Below are positions 48,082 through 58,270 of a stretch of 64,000 bases of DNA, piece after piece (position 1 is the first letter of the stretch; each line of letters opens with the position of its first letter). A program made the translations under genes and the position numbers. Source of the stretch: Terriglobia bacterium (GTDB lineage Bacteria > Acidobacteriota > Terriglobia > Acidiferrales > UBA7541); assembly GCA_963695545.1 (NCBI GenBank), contig OY968796.1:3200001-3264000 (forward strand), in the 5' to 3' direction. The notes below the pieces were generated by a model. That model did no database searches. It saw nothing but the letters and a program-made list of their open reading frames with translations, and was not told where the DNA came from.

Positions 48082-48501
48082 CTAGCGGGAGACGGGGGGA
48101 TTTTGCGCAAGTTTTTGTTGAATGCGGGCCACGTCGATTATGGCGCGGGTGATGCGGCCGCGGCCGAGAATTTCTTCGCCGGCGCGGGATTCGACGTCGA
48201 AGACGAGGAAGCGGCCATTGATCTCGACGAGACGCGCGGTTGAAGTGACGAGCGTGCCGATTCCGGCGCTTTTCACGTGATCGACTTCGATGCGCGTGCC
48301 GACGGTAATTTTGCCGGGCGGCAGCGCGGGCTCGATGGCGAACGAAGTGGCGGCTTCCATCATGCCGATCATCGCGGGAGTGGAAAAAATTTCGGGAAGG
48401 CGGGGATCGTAGGCGGCGGTGGTGTAGGCGAAGATCACGGCGTGCTCGAAACGTCCTTCAAGGCCGATGCGGATTTCGGGGCGGGGAGCGGGATCGGTCA
48501 T
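48082..48501 (-). CDS. Hotdog-fold thioesterase (fluoroacetyl-CoA thioesterase-like)
   Basis: FSTPAMIGMME…TVGTRIEVDH. Confidence 0.85.
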   Translation of the reverse strand: MTDPAPRPEIRIGLEGRFEHAVIFAYTTAAYDPRLPEIFSTPAMIGMMEAATSFAIEPALPPGKITVGTRIEVDHVKSAGIGTLVTSTARLVEINGRFLVFDVESRAGEEILGRGRITRAIIDVARIQQKLAQNPPVSR

Positions 48502-49745
48502 TGCGGAGCGTCGGCCCCGGCGGCGGTTCGCTCGGCGAGTCGGCGCGATCGCGGGCGCACGAGGCTATCGAGAACTTCAGAGAACGTTACGCCGACCTGG
48601 CCCCAGAGGCGGCGCTTCAGGCCCATGTAGCCTTGCGCGCCGCTGAAAAGATCGGCCATCAGGGAGCGGAAGGTCGGGCTGTGGCCGATGAACTGAATCA
48701 TGCGCGTGGTGACTTCGCCGCCGAGGAAGCGGCCGCGATAGAGGCGGCGGGCGACACGCGTGGCGAATTCGAGTTCGATTGAAAATTTCGCGCGAACGCG
48801 CGCGGGATAACTGGCGGGATCGCCGGCGACGAGCGCCTGGGCGAGAAGATCTCCGGAGCAGAGCGCGTAATACAAACCTTCGCCAGTGAGCGGATCGACC
48901 CAGGCGGCGGCGTCGCCGACCAAGGCCCAATTGGGGCCGACGACGCGGCGCGCGCGAAGAGTTTCCATTTGCGGCGAGGGCAGAACGTGGCTGTAAAAAT
49001 GGGCGCCGGCGCGCGGAATTTTCTCGTCGCGCAGGAATGCATCGAGATGGCGGCGCAATTCCTGGCTGGTGTGGCGGGCCATGCTGCCGCAGATACCGAC
49101 GGAAAGATGGTCGGCGCGCGGGAAGGACCAAAGGTAGCCTTCGAAGCGGCTGAGGAATTTTACTTTGATGTCGTCGGCTTGCGCGGGAATGAAATATCCC
49201 ATGGTCATTTCAAGATCGGCGCGCTTGAGCGGGCGCGTGCCGGGGAGAAGGGAATTGCGCGCGCCGGCGGCGAGGACCACGAAATCGGCTTCGTGCACCT
49301 GGCCATCGGCGACGAGCTCGACGCGCGGGCCGGAGGTATCGACTTTGGTGACGCGCGCGCGAACCACGCGAGCGCCGGCCGCTGAGGCGCGGTCGAGAAG
49401 CAAGCCATTCAGCACGGCGCGCGAATAAATAACGATGGGCTGATCGAGCTTCATGTGAGCGCGATGGCCGCGGCTGGAAATTAATTCGATGGAGTGAACG
49501 CGCTTCTTGGGATGCGGTCCATTGCCGAGGAACGGATAGGCGACGATGGCTTTGTGAGTGAGGCCGCCGCCGCAGGGTTTTTCCCATGCGAGGTGCTCAT
49601 CGAAGAGCGTGACTTCATAGCCCGCGCGAGACAACTGCTCGGCGCACATTGCGCCCGAGGGTCCGCCGCCGACGATGGCGATCTGACGCACCGGCTGGGT
49701 TAGCTGCTCCTGATGGGTTGTTGCACGTGCACCGCCGAATGTCAT
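48498..49745 (-). CDS. Geranylgeranyl reductase family flavoprotein
   Basis: IAIVGGGPSG, EKPCGGGL, GYLWSFP, LVGDAAAWVDPLTGEGLYYA. ATG 49745 overlaps the upstream stop; GTG 49691 also possible. Confidence 0.88.
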   Translation of the reverse strand: MTFGGARATTHQEQLTQPVRQIAIVGGGPSGAMCAEQLSRAGYEVTLFDEHLAWEKPCGGGLTHKAIVAYPFLGNGPHPKKRVHSIELISSRGHRAHMKLDQPIVIYSRAVLNGLLLDRASAAGARVVRARVTKVDTSGPRVELVADGQVHEADFVVLAAGARNSLLPGTRPLKRADLEMTMGYFIPAQADDIKVKFLSRFEGYLWSFPRADHLSVGICGSMARHTSQELRRHLDAFLRDEKIPRAGAHFYSHVLPSPQMETLRARRVVGPNWALVGDAAAWVDPLTGEGLYYALCSGDLLAQALVAGDPASYPARVRAKFSIELEFATRVARRLYRGRFLGGEVTTRMIQFIGHSPTFRSLMADLFSGAQGYMGLKRRLWGQVGVTFSEVLDSLVRPRSRRLAERTAAGADAPQ

Positions 49746-51367
49746 GTCAGCGGGAAAAACGAAACGATGAACCAGGCGGCGATTATAGCACCAAAAATTG
49801 CGGCCGCAGCGGGCGAACCGGTGCGGCGGCGTATCACTTCGGAACCGTAGTGCTGGAGCACGGAGATCAGTATGAAGCTGGGCAGAAGCAGGCCGATCAG
49901 CACGTTGCCGTTCATGGTGAGGAAGTAGGCTGCGATCATCGCGACCCAGAGCTCGAAGCGCATGGCGGCGAAAAGGGCGAAGCGGCGCCAGTTTGCGCCG
50001 GGGAGGCGCGGGCCGAGGGCGACCTCTTCGGCGAGAAAATAGGGGAAAACGGCGAGCGCCGCGGGGGCTAGCCTGAGCAAGCGGGGCTTGGTGAGGAAGA
50101 AAATGCGCGAGGCGGTTTGAGCCCAGGTGTGGCGAAACATCCAGCTGGCCGCGTCGGCAGAGGAGCCGGCGAGCCAGGCTCGGGCGGCGATGGTGAAAAG
50201 GAGGGCGAGCGCGATCGCGGCAAGAATTCCGCGCGCGGACCAAACGAACGCCGTGCCGCGCGGGACGACCAGGAAAAACAGAGCGACGCCGGCGATCAGG
50301 AGGCAGGTTGCGAGGTAACTTCCATCGGAGAGACCGAGCCAACTGTAATGCGGCACGGCCGCAAGAAGCGCGACGGCGAAGACGCAGGCTACGGCCCATG
50401 TGCGCAGCGCTTTCGCGGGGCGCATGGCGGAGTGCGTGTCGTCATTCGTGTTTTCGGCGGAATATTTCGTTTCGGGATCGCGATCGGGATAGTGCGCCGC
50501 GGGCGGACGGATGCGTCCTGCAAAGATGGTTGCGGCGAGAGGAAAAAGAAGGATGATGCCCACGCAGCCGAGGAGAAATTCGGTGCGCGGCCAGCCGGGC
50601 ACGGGCGCGGGCGGGCCGGGGATGCCGAGGGCTTCGCGCGCCCATGCTGACGCGAGCGTGGAGACGCGCGGATCGGTGAGCACGCTGACGTGATCGGCGA
50701 GCGACACGTCGGCAAGATGGAAGGCGCGGAGTTGGGCGAAATCATCGGGAGCGGTGCGATCGCCGCCGGCGTCGCGCGCGAGATGGCGAGCTTCGGATCG
50801 CAGCCAGGGCACATCGAACTGCGCGCTGACCACCAAGAGATTCGAGGGCATGCGACGCGGCGGAACGAGAGGAGCGGGCGAAAGCGCGATGGTGGCGGCG
50901 GTGGGGAAGCGGTCGGCGAGGCGAATGGCGATTTCCGCGCCCATCGAGTGGCCGAGGAGAACGGTACGATCGAGATGAATGTCGCCGCGGTCGGCGAGCG
51001 CGGCGATGGCGTCGCCGGCGCAGGATTCGGCGTTGGCGTAAGTGAAAGGTTCGGTGCTATCGCCGTGGCCGGCGAGATCGATCATGTACACGCGGAGGCC
51101 TTGCGCGGCGAGCCGCTCTCCGAGCCAGGCCATGATGTGGCGATTTCCGGCGAGGCCGTGAAGGACGATGGCGTTGGCGAGCGGCGGTTCCTGGTAAGGC
51201 TCCATCACGGTGACGGGAGTGTGGCAGGCGTCGAGCTGATATTCGAACGTGGGCGGCTGATGGCGAATCGATTCCGCGCTGCCGGCGGCGATGAGAACGA
51301 TTCCGAGGATTGCGAGAAGCGTTTCGCGGCGCACGTGCTTCACACGCTGCATGGTCGCGCCGGTCAT
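49742..51367 (-). CDS. Alpha/beta hydrolase fused to a C-terminal multi-TM domain
   Basis: [19 protein letters not shown] nucleophile elbow, ADHVSVL; about 8 hydrophobic helices afterwards. Confidence 0.85.
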   Translation of the reverse strand: MTGATMQRVKHVRRETLLAILGIVLIAAGSAESIRHQPPTFEYQLDACHTPVTVMEPYQEPPLANAIVLHGLAGNRHIMAWLGERLAAQGLRVYMIDLAGHGDSTEPFTYANAESCAGDAIAALADRGDIHLDRTVLLGHSMGAEIAIRLADRFPTAATIALSPAPLVPPRRMPSNLLVVSAQFDVPWLRSEARHLARDAGGDRTAPDDFAQLRAFHLADVSLADHVSVLTDPRVSTLASAWAREALGIPGPPAPVPGWPRTEFLLGCVGIILLFPLAATIFAGRIRPPAAHYPDRDPETKYSAENTNDDTHSAMRPAKALRTWAVACVFAVALLAAVPHYSWLGLSDGSYLATCLLIAGVALFFLVVPRGTAFVWSARGILAAIALALLFTIAARAWLAGSSADAASWMFRHTWAQTASRIFFLTKPRLLRLAPAALAVFPYFLAEEVALGPRLPGANWRRFALFAAMRFELWVAMIAAYFLTMNGNVLIGLLLPSFILISVLQHYGSEVIRRRTGSPAAAAIFGAIIAAWFIVSFFPLT

Positions 51368-51471
51368 CGCTCGCCTCGTGGCTTGCCCCTGAGCTTGAAA
51401 CGCGCGTGATAAGATTGTGGTGTCGTGGTTTCGCGGCGGCGATTCATCGCGGTGTGGAGAGTGTTTCGCGC

Positions 51472-51981
51472 ATGGGTCAGATCATCACCGAAGACGAATT
51501 GATTGTCCAGTTGGGGCCGGAAAACCGCAACGGGCGGCAAGTGGTGTTCACGAACGGATGTTTCGATCTCGTGCACCCGGGGCACGTTCGCAGCCTTGAA
51601 CAGGCGCGGTCGCTGGGGGATTTTTTGGTCGTGGGACTAAATAGTGACGAGAGTGTGCGCGGACTGAAGGGGCCGGCGCGGCCCGTGCTGCCGCAGGAAG
51701 ATCGCGCAGCGATTTTGGCGGCTCTGGCGGCGGTGGATTACGTGGTGGTGTTCGATCGCGCGACTCCGCGAGAATTGCTGGCGCGGCTGCGGCCGGATAT
51801 TTTGGTGAAAGGCGCGGACTGGAATATCGAAACGATTGCCGGGCGCGAAGAAGTTGAAGCGGGCGGCGGGCGCGTGGTGTCCGTGCCGCTCGAGCCGGGA
51901 TTTTCGACGACGAGTTTGGTGGACGAACTGCATCGCAGGGCGCTGCTGATCAAGGCCTCCGAGTCGGGTTCCTCAGAATAA
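51472..51981 (+). CDS. hldC: D-glycero-beta-D-manno-heptose 1-phosphate adenylyltransferase (RfaE domain II)
   Basis: [42 protein letters not shown]. Confidence 0.9.
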   Translation: MGQIITEDELIVQLGPENRNGRQVVFTNGCFDLVHPGHVRSLEQARSLGDFLVVGLNSDESVRGLKGPARPVLPQEDRAAILAALAAVDYVVVFDRATPRELLARLRPDILVKGADWNIETIAGREEVEAGGGRVVSVPLEPGFSTTSLVDELHRRALLIKASESGSSE

Positions 51982-51986
51982 ATTCT

Positions 51987-54900
51987 ATGGTGTTGTCATC
52001 GGTCGCGGAGTTTCTCTCTCCATTTGGGCGCTTGCCTGCGGTTGAGGCGGCGCTCGAAAATTTGCGGCGCAATCGCGCGGCGACGCTGGCGGGGCTTGCG
52101 CCGCCGGCTGTGGCGCTGATGGTGGCGGAAGTCGCGGCGGGATTGCGCAATCCAATTGTAGTGGTGGTGGAAACGGATTCGCGGGGCGAGGAGTTGGCGG
52201 CGCCGCTGCGATTTTTCTTGCGCGTGCTCGCGAATTTGCCGGCGTCGGCGGTGGGGAATGTTCCGGCGCTTGACGTTGTGCCGGGAACGGGAATTTCGCC
52301 GCATCCGGAAATTCTGGAGACGCGCGGCGTTTCGCTGTGGCGCTACGCGACGGAGCAGACGCGCGTGCTGATTGTGCCGGCAGCGGCGGCGCGGATGCGC
52401 GCGCGCGACGCGGTGTTCTATTCGTCGCTCGGACTCACGCTGGTGCGCGACGAAGAGGTGCCGCTCGAAGACTTGGTGGCGCACCTGCGCAGCGTTGGGT
52501 ACATGCGCGCTGAAGCGGTGGAGATGCCGGGGCAATTTACGGTGCGCGGCGGAATTCTGGATGTGTTTTCTCCGGAGGCGGCGCGGCCGGTGCGGCTGGA
52601 GTTGCTGGGCGACACGCTGGAATCGCTGCGCGAGTTCGATCCGGAAACGCAGCGGTCGGTGCGACCGCTCGAGCGTGTGAGTCTTCCGCCGCTGACGGAT
52701 GAGCCGGGCGGTTGGCCCGAGGCGCCCGAGGAGCCGGCGGTCCAGACGCCGGCGTCGGCGTTCGGCACACTTTTTGAATTGCGGCCGGACACGATTGTGA
52801 TTCTGGAAGAGCCGGAAGCGATTGGGGCGGCGCAGGAGGCGGCGTTGCCGGGCGATGGCGCTGATGGCGTGGGCGACGACGCGGCGTGGCCATTTCTCGC
52901 GAAGAGTGAATATGAGAAATCGCTCGAGCGTTGTGCACGGTTGGAGCTGACGCGGCTGCCGATCGAAAAAACGCAATCGCGCGCGGCGCGACGGGCGCCG
53001 CACGCGGTTGTGACGCAGCCAGCGACGCGTTACCACGGGAATCTTCCCGTGTTTTTGACCGAGGCGCGCGGACGATTGAAGGCTGGCGAACGCGTGCTGG
53101 CCGCGGCGGGCACGCTGGGCGAACTCGAACGGCTCGCGGATTTGTGCCGCGAATACGAATTGCCATTTCGACTGGCGGAGACCGAGGCCGGCGTGACGGG
53201 CGATCGACTGGCGGACGATTCGGCTCTCGGCGGTGGCCCGGCACTGCTGCTGGTGCGCGCGCCGCTCGATGCGGGATTCATCGTGCCGGAAGCGCGTCTG
53301 GCGCTTTACGGCTCGGGCGATTTGCTCGATGCGCTGCCGACGAGATCGCGTCCGCGCGAGCGGTCGAAATCCGCAACTTTCTTTAGCGATCTGGGCGATT
53401 GGAAGCCGGGCGATTACGTGGTGCACCTGGATCACGGCATCGGGCGCTTCGAGAATTTGCAACAGATGGAAAGCGGCGGGAGTCGCGGCGAATTTCTGCG
53501 GCTGATTTACGCCGACGATGCGCGGCTCTACGTTCCAGTGGAGCGCATGGATCTGGTGCAGCCGTATCACACGGCGGGCGGCGCGGTGCCGCAACTGGAT
53601 TCGCTGGGCGGCGTGGGATGGACGACGCGCAAAGCGCGGGTAAAAAAATCGCTCGAAGAGATGGCGGACAAGCTTCTCGAGCTCTACGCCGAGAGGCAGA
53701 TGGCGCCGGGCCACGCGTTTCCGCCGGATACGGCGTGGCAGCGCGAGTTCGATGACGCGTTCGAGTTCGCGGAGACGCCGGATCAGGTGACGGCCATTGC
53801 CGACGTGAAGCGCGACATGGAGAGTCCGCGGCCGATGGATCGGCTGCTGTGCGGAGACGTGGGTTACGGCAAAACCGAAGTGGCGATGCGCGCGGCGTTC
53901 AAGGCGGTGATGGACGGAAAACAAGTGGTGGTGCTCACGCCGACGACGGTGCTGGCTTTCCAACACTTTGAAACGTTCCGGCGGCGCTTCGCGGCGTTTC
54001 CGGTGAAGATCGAAATGATCAGCCGGTTCCGCAGCGCCGCCGAGCAGAAAAAAGTGCTCCTCGCCGCCGAAGCGGGACAAGTGGACATTTTGATCGGGAC
54101 GCATCGGCTGTTCTCGAAGGATGTGAAGTTGCAGAACGTGGGGCTTGTGGTGGTGGATGAAGAGCAGCGCTTCGGCGTGGGGCACAAAGAAAAATTGAAG
54201 GCGCAGCGGCCGGACGTGGACGTGCTTACGCTTTCGGCCACGCCGATTCCGCGCACGCTGCACATGTCTCTGGTGGGCATGCGCGATCTTTCGCTGATCG
54301 AGACGCCGCCGACGGGGCGGCTCGCGATTCAGACGGTGGTCGCGCCGTTCAGCGAAGGCGTGGTGAAGCGCGCGATCGAGCAGGAGATGGAGCGCAACGG
54401 GCAGGTATTTTTCATTCACAACCGCGTGGAATCGATCGGCTCGGTGGCCACGCTGGTGAAGAAACTTGTGCCCAAAGCGCGCGTGGTGGTGGGGCACGGG
54501 CAGATGGGCGAGAAACAATTGGAAGAAGTGATGATGCGCTTTGTGCGCAACGATGCCGACGTGCTGATCTCGACGACGATCGTGGAGAACGGATTGGATA
54601 TTCCGCGCGCGAACACGATTTTGGTGAATCGAGCCGAACGCTTGGGGCTTTCCGAGCTGTATCAGCTTCGCGGGCGCGTGGGGCGTTCGAGTGAGCGCGC
54701 CTATGCGTACTTGCTTGTGCCGCCGGAGGCCACGCTTTCGGGAATTGCGCGTCAGCGCCTTGCGGCGCTGCGCGAGTTCAGTGAATTGGGCTCGGGATTT
54801 CGCCTCGCGGCGCTCGATCTTGAACTGCGCGGCGCGGGCAATTTGCTGGGGCGGCAGCAGCACGGACATATCAATTCGATCGGATTCGATCTCTACACGC

Positions 54901-55391
54901 AAATGCTGGACCGAGCCGTCGCGCAGCGCAAAGGCGATAGTGTGCGGCCGGAGCGCCGCGCCACGGTCAACCTGGGGCTCGACATACGCATCCCACCCGA
55001 ATACATCGCCGAGGAAAATTTGCGGCTGCGCACCTACAAGCGCATCGCGGAGCTGGAGCGGCCGGAGGCTCGCGAGGCGCTGCTGCAAGATTTGTCGGAC
55101 CGGTTCGGTCCGCCGCCGCAGGCGATTCTGAATTTGCTGGATTACTCGGCGCTGAAAGGCCTGGCCGAGTCGCTGGGAGTGGCGTCGATCGAGCGGCGCG
55201 CGTCGCAGGTAGCCGTGAAATTTCACGAAGAGACGCCGGTGCAGCCAGAGCGCCTGGTGAAAGTGCTGAGGTCGATGAAGGGATTGCGCCTTGACCCGGC
55301 CGGCGTGCTGTGGATCGAGATCGAGCGCGGCGCGGGCCGCGTGACGGAGACGATCAGAAACGTATTGCTTCGTCTTGAAGCCGAGGGCTAA
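51987..55391 (+). CDS. mfd: Transcription-repair coupling factor
   Basis: RGGILDVF, GDYVVHLDHGIGRF, MDRLLCGDVGYGKTEVA, DEEQRFG, SATPIPRTL, QLRGRVGR, DLELRGAGNLLG, TRCF domain. Confidence 0.97.
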   Translation: MVLSSVAEFLSPFGRLPAVEAALENLRRNRAATLAGLAPPAVALMVAEVAAGLRNPIVVVVETDSRGEELAAPLRFFLRVLANLPASAVGNVPALDVVPGTGISPHPEILETRGVSLWRYATEQTRVLIVPAAAARMRARDAVFYSSLGLTLVRDEEVPLEDLVAHLRSVGYMRAEAVEMPGQFTVRGGILDVFSPEAARPVRLELLGDTLESLREFDPETQRSVRPLERVSLPPLTDEPGGWPEAPEEPAVQTPASAFGTLFELRPDTIVILEEPEAIGAAQEAALPGDGADGVGDDAAWPFLAKSEYEKSLERCARLELTRLPIEKTQSRAARRAPHAVVTQPATRYHGNLPVFLTEARGRLKAGERVLAAAGTLGELERLADLCREYELPFRLAETEAGVTGDRLADDSALGGGPALLLVRAPLDAGFIVPEARLALYGSGDLLDALPTRSRPRERSKSATFFSDLGDWKPGDYVVHLDHGIGRFENLQQMESGGSRGEFLRLIYADDARLYVPVERMDLVQPYHTAGGAVPQLDSLGGVGWTTRKARVKKSLEEMADKLLELYAERQMAPGHAFPPDTAWQREFDDAFEFAETPDQVTAIADVKRDMESPRPMDRLLCGDVGYGKTEVAMRAAFKAVMDGKQVVVLTPTTVLAFQHFETFRRRFAAFPVKIEMISRFRSAAEQKKVLLAAEAGQVDILIGTHRLFSKDVKLQNVGLVVVDEEQRFGVGHKEKLKAQRPDVDVLTLSATPIPRTLHMSLVGMRDLSLIETPPTGRLAIQTVVAPFSEGVVKRAIEQEMERNGQVFFIHNRVESIGSVATLVKKLVPKARVVVGHGQMGEKQLEEVMMRFVRNDADVLISTTIVENGLDIPRANTILVNRAERLGLSELYQLRGRVGRSSERAYAYLLVPPEATLSGIARQRLAALREFSELGSGFRLAALDLELRGAGNLLGRQQHGHINSIGFDLYTQMLDRAVAQRKGDSVRPERRATVNLGLDIRIPPEYIAEENLRLRTYKRIAELERPEAREALLQDLSDRFGPPPQAILNLLDYSALKGLAESLGVASIERRASQVAVKFHEETPVQPERLVKVLRSMKGLRLDPAGVLWIEIERGAGRVTETIRNVLLRLEAEG

Positions 55392-55398
55392 GATACCA

Positions 55399-56721
55399 AT
55401 GACTATGAAGAAAATGAAGAATATGACCGATTGGCAAAGGTACGCCTGGAGTGTGCTCGCTGCGGCTGGATTGTGCGCGTGCCTTGTTCCCGCCGGATTT
55501 GCGGCGCAGACCCAGGCGCCAGCGCAGACCCCTGCGCAGACCCAAGGCGAATCAAGTTCCGCGCCACAGGCCGCGGCTCCTTCCTCGGGAGGTTCCGGCT
55601 CGAACGCCATGCCCAGGGCGAGTTCGACGCCTGCCGGCGGCGCGCCGGAAGACCCGGCGTCGTCGGACAGCAACGGGACGGTGATCGAAGAGATTGTGGC
55701 GCGAGTGAACAACGATATTATCACGCGCTCGGATCTGGATCGCGCGCGCGATCAGATGGTCGAAGACGTTCGTCACGACTGCGCGGGCTGCGCGGAAGCA
55801 GACATCCAGGCCAAGATTGCTGAGCAGGAACCGAATTTGCTTCGCAACCTAATCGATCAGTCGCTATTGGTGCAAAGGGCCAAGGACGACGACATCAACG
55901 TCGACGCCGACGTGGTGAAAAAGCTGGACGAAATTCGGCAGGATAACCACATCGCTTCGATGGAAGATCTCGAGCGCCAAATTGACGCTTCCGGAATGGA
56001 CTTCGAGGATTACAAGACCACAATTAGGAACCAATTGCTGACCCGGGAAGTGATCAGTAAGGAAGTGAGTTCGCGCGTGATCGTGGATCACGCGGAAGTA
56101 GCGAAGTATTACCAGGACCATCAGGATGAGTTCCAACGGCCAGAACAAGTGGTGTTGCGCGAGATCCTGGTGAGCACGGCGGATAAGACGCCCGACGAAG
56201 TCACGACGCTGCAGAAAAAAGCCCAGGGTCTGCTCGATCGTGTGCGCGCCGGAGACGATTTCGGCCAGCTGGCCATCCATTTCTCCGATGGACCGACGGC
56301 GAAAGACGGCGGGGAGCTGGGCACGTACGAGCGTGGACAGCTCGCTAAGGACATCGAGGACAAAGTCTTCGCGCTCGATCGCAACGGGACCACCGACGTC
56401 ATTCAGACCAAGGAAGGATTCCTGATACTGCAGGTCGAGCAGCGGTATGAGGCTGGTCTTCAGCCGCTCGACAAGGTCGAAGACGAAATCACCGACAAGT
56501 TGTTCACGGCAAAAGTCGAACCGGCTCTGCGCGATTACTTGAAGCAACTGCGTCAGGATAGTTTCGTGCTGGTGAAGCCGGGCTACGTGGATACGGCCGC
56601 AGTGCCTTCGAATGGAATTCAGGAAGTTTCGCCGGTGGCGGATACCGCGGCCAAGAAAACCAAAACGGCTCACAAGTTTTTATTTTTTGGCCACAAGAAA
56701 TTCCCCAGTCAAGGCACATGA
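55399..56721 (+). CDS. SurA-like periplasmic peptidyl-prolyl isomerase/chaperone
   Basis: Signal peptide; IVARVNNDII, parvulin domain (FGQLAIHFSDGPTAKDGGELG). Start uncertain. Confidence 0.88.
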   Translation: MTMKKMKNMTDWQRYAWSVLAAAGLCACLVPAGFAAQTQAPAQTPAQTQGESSSAPQAAAPSSGGSGSNAMPRASSTPAGGAPEDPASSDSNGTVIEEIVARVNNDIITRSDLDRARDQMVEDVRHDCAGCAEADIQAKIAEQEPNLLRNLIDQSLLVQRAKDDDINVDADVVKKLDEIRQDNHIASMEDLERQIDASGMDFEDYKTTIRNQLLTREVISKEVSSRVIVDHAEVAKYYQDHQDEFQRPEQVVLREILVSTADKTPDEVTTLQKKAQGLLDRVRAGDDFGQLAIHFSDGPTAKDGGELGTYERGQLAKDIEDKVFALDRNGTTDVIQTKEGFLILQVEQRYEAGLQPLDKVEDEITDKLFTAKVEPALRDYLKQLRQDSFVLVKPGYVDTAAVPSNGIQEVSPVADTAAKKTKTAHKFLFFGHKKFPSQGT

Positions 56722-57752
56722 AGTCGCCCTACGTCGCTGAGCTTCGCGCCGATCAGTCCGTCAGCACATTTTTCCTCGTTTCCGAAAAAGAAATTCGATC
56801 TACGAAGGACTCGCGAAAATACTTGCGTCTCGAGCTGACCGACCGCACAGGGTCGATCGAAGCGCGCATGTGGGGCGGCTTTGAGAAGGATGCCGCGACG
56901 TTCGAGCGCGAAGGCTACGTGAAGGTGCAGGCGCGCGTCGAAAGCTATCGCGGGAAACTGCAGCTGGCGATCGATCGTGTACGGCGTGCGGAGCTCTCGG
57001 AAGTGGACGCCGGAGATTATCTTCCGCAGACCAAGCTCGACGTGGAAGCGCTGTACGCGAAGCTGCGCGAGTACGGCGAGGGAATTACGAATCCCTGGCT
57101 GCGGCGCTTGGTGATGAGCGTGCTGGAAGATCCGGAGCTTGTGCCGCGTTTCAAGCGCGCTCCGGCGGCCAAGATGATGCACCACGCGTATCTCGGCGGT
57201 TTGCTCGAGCACGTCGTCAGCTTGTGCGGACTCGCGCGCTTGGTTGCGGCGCATTATCCCGAAGTCGATGGCGATCTGCTGATGACCGGCGCGATCCTGC
57301 ACGACATCGGCAAACTCGACGAGTTGTCGTACGAGCGCTCGATCGGATACACCACGGCGGGGCAGTTGCTCGGGCACATCATGCTCGAATATGAGCTGGT
57401 GACGAAGAAGATGGACGCGATCGAGGGATTTCCCCCGGAATTGAAAACGCTGGTGCAGCACATGCTCATCAGTCATCACGGGCAGTACGAATTCGGTTCG
57501 CCGAAACGCCCGATGTTCCGCGAAGCGCTGCTGCTGCACTATATCGACGATATGGATTCGAAGATGGCGGCGACTCGCGGCGCGCTGGAATCCGAAGCGG
57601 GCGACGAGGAATGGACGGCGTTCAATCCCGCACTCGACCGGCGCTTGCTGCGACTGGATGATTTCCTGAAAACGGCGGAGCCGGCAGCGCAGTCGGGAAC
57701 CTTGTTTGAAACCAAGCCCGCGCGGGCTGCGGGAAAAGCGGGCAAGGAATGA
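56718..57752 (+). CDS. OB-fold + HD domain 3'-5' exoribonuclease (YhaM-like)
   Basis: DRTGSIEARMW, PAAKMMHHAYLGGLLEH, LHDIGK, LLGHI, SHHG…GSP, DDMD. Confidence 0.9.
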   Translation: MKSPYVAELRADQSVSTFFLVSEKEIRSTKDSRKYLRLELTDRTGSIEARMWGGFEKDAATFEREGYVKVQARVESYRGKLQLAIDRVRRAELSEVDAGDYLPQTKLDVEALYAKLREYGEGITNPWLRRLVMSVLEDPELVPRFKRAPAAKMMHHAYLGGLLEHVVSLCGLARLVAAHYPEVDGDLLMTGAILHDIGKLDELSYERSIGYTTAGQLLGHIMLEYELVTKKMDAIEGFPPELKTLVQHMLISHHGQYEFGSPKRPMFREALLLHYIDDMDSKMAATRGALESEAGDEEWTAFNPALDRRLLRLDDFLKTAEPAAQSGTLFETKPARAAGKAGKE

Positions 57753-58270
57753 GCGACGCGACCGCGAATCGCCGCGTGGCGGGAAACGCGCCCCACGTGC
57801 GCCGTTCGATTCTGGAATTGGCGCCGCTCGAACTTGATTGCATGAATGCGCTGTGGTCCGCCGGCGAAGGAACCGTGCGGCAGATTCAACAGTTAATGGC
57901 GTCCACTCGGCCGCGCGCTTACACCACGATTATGACGATTCTGGATCGGCTGGCGCAAAAGGGAGTCGTGGCTCGGCAGAAGTCCGGGCGGGCGTACATG
58001 TATCGGCCGAATCTTACCGCGGAGCAGGCTCGCGCTCATGCCGTGGAGCGAATCGTGGATGGATTTTTTGAGGGATCGACACAGGCGTTGGCGGCGCAGC
58101 TTGCGGGCGCTCCCTCAGCGAGGCTCGCCGCTCCAATCGGAATCGTTTTGCCGGCGACGGCACCACGCGCCGAACGAGTTGCGGGCGCGCAGCGAAAATC
58201 TTCGGCGACACCATCCGCAACCGCGCCCGACGCGTCGTCCGAGCCGGCGCTGGATGCCGCGCTACTCTAG
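57749..58270 (+). CDS. BlaI/MecI/CopY family transcriptional regulator
   Basis: LAPLELDCMNALW…AYTTIMTILDRLAQKG…GRAYMY…FFEGS. Confidence 0.9.
   Translation: MSDATANRRVAGNAPHVRRSILELAPLELDCMNALWSAGEGTVRQIQQLMASTRPRAYTTIMTILDRLAQKGVVARQKSGRAYMYRPNLTAEQARAHAVERIVDGFFEGSTQALAAQLAGAPSARLAAPIGIVLPATAPRAERVAGAQRKSSATPSATAPDASSEPALDAALL

Noticed and set aside
51996..55724. Very long alternative-frame ORFs (also 40455-44051, 32086-33669, 22835-24064)
   Set aside because: Shadow frames of well-supported genes in high-GC DNA, Arg/Ala/Pro-rich with no motifs.
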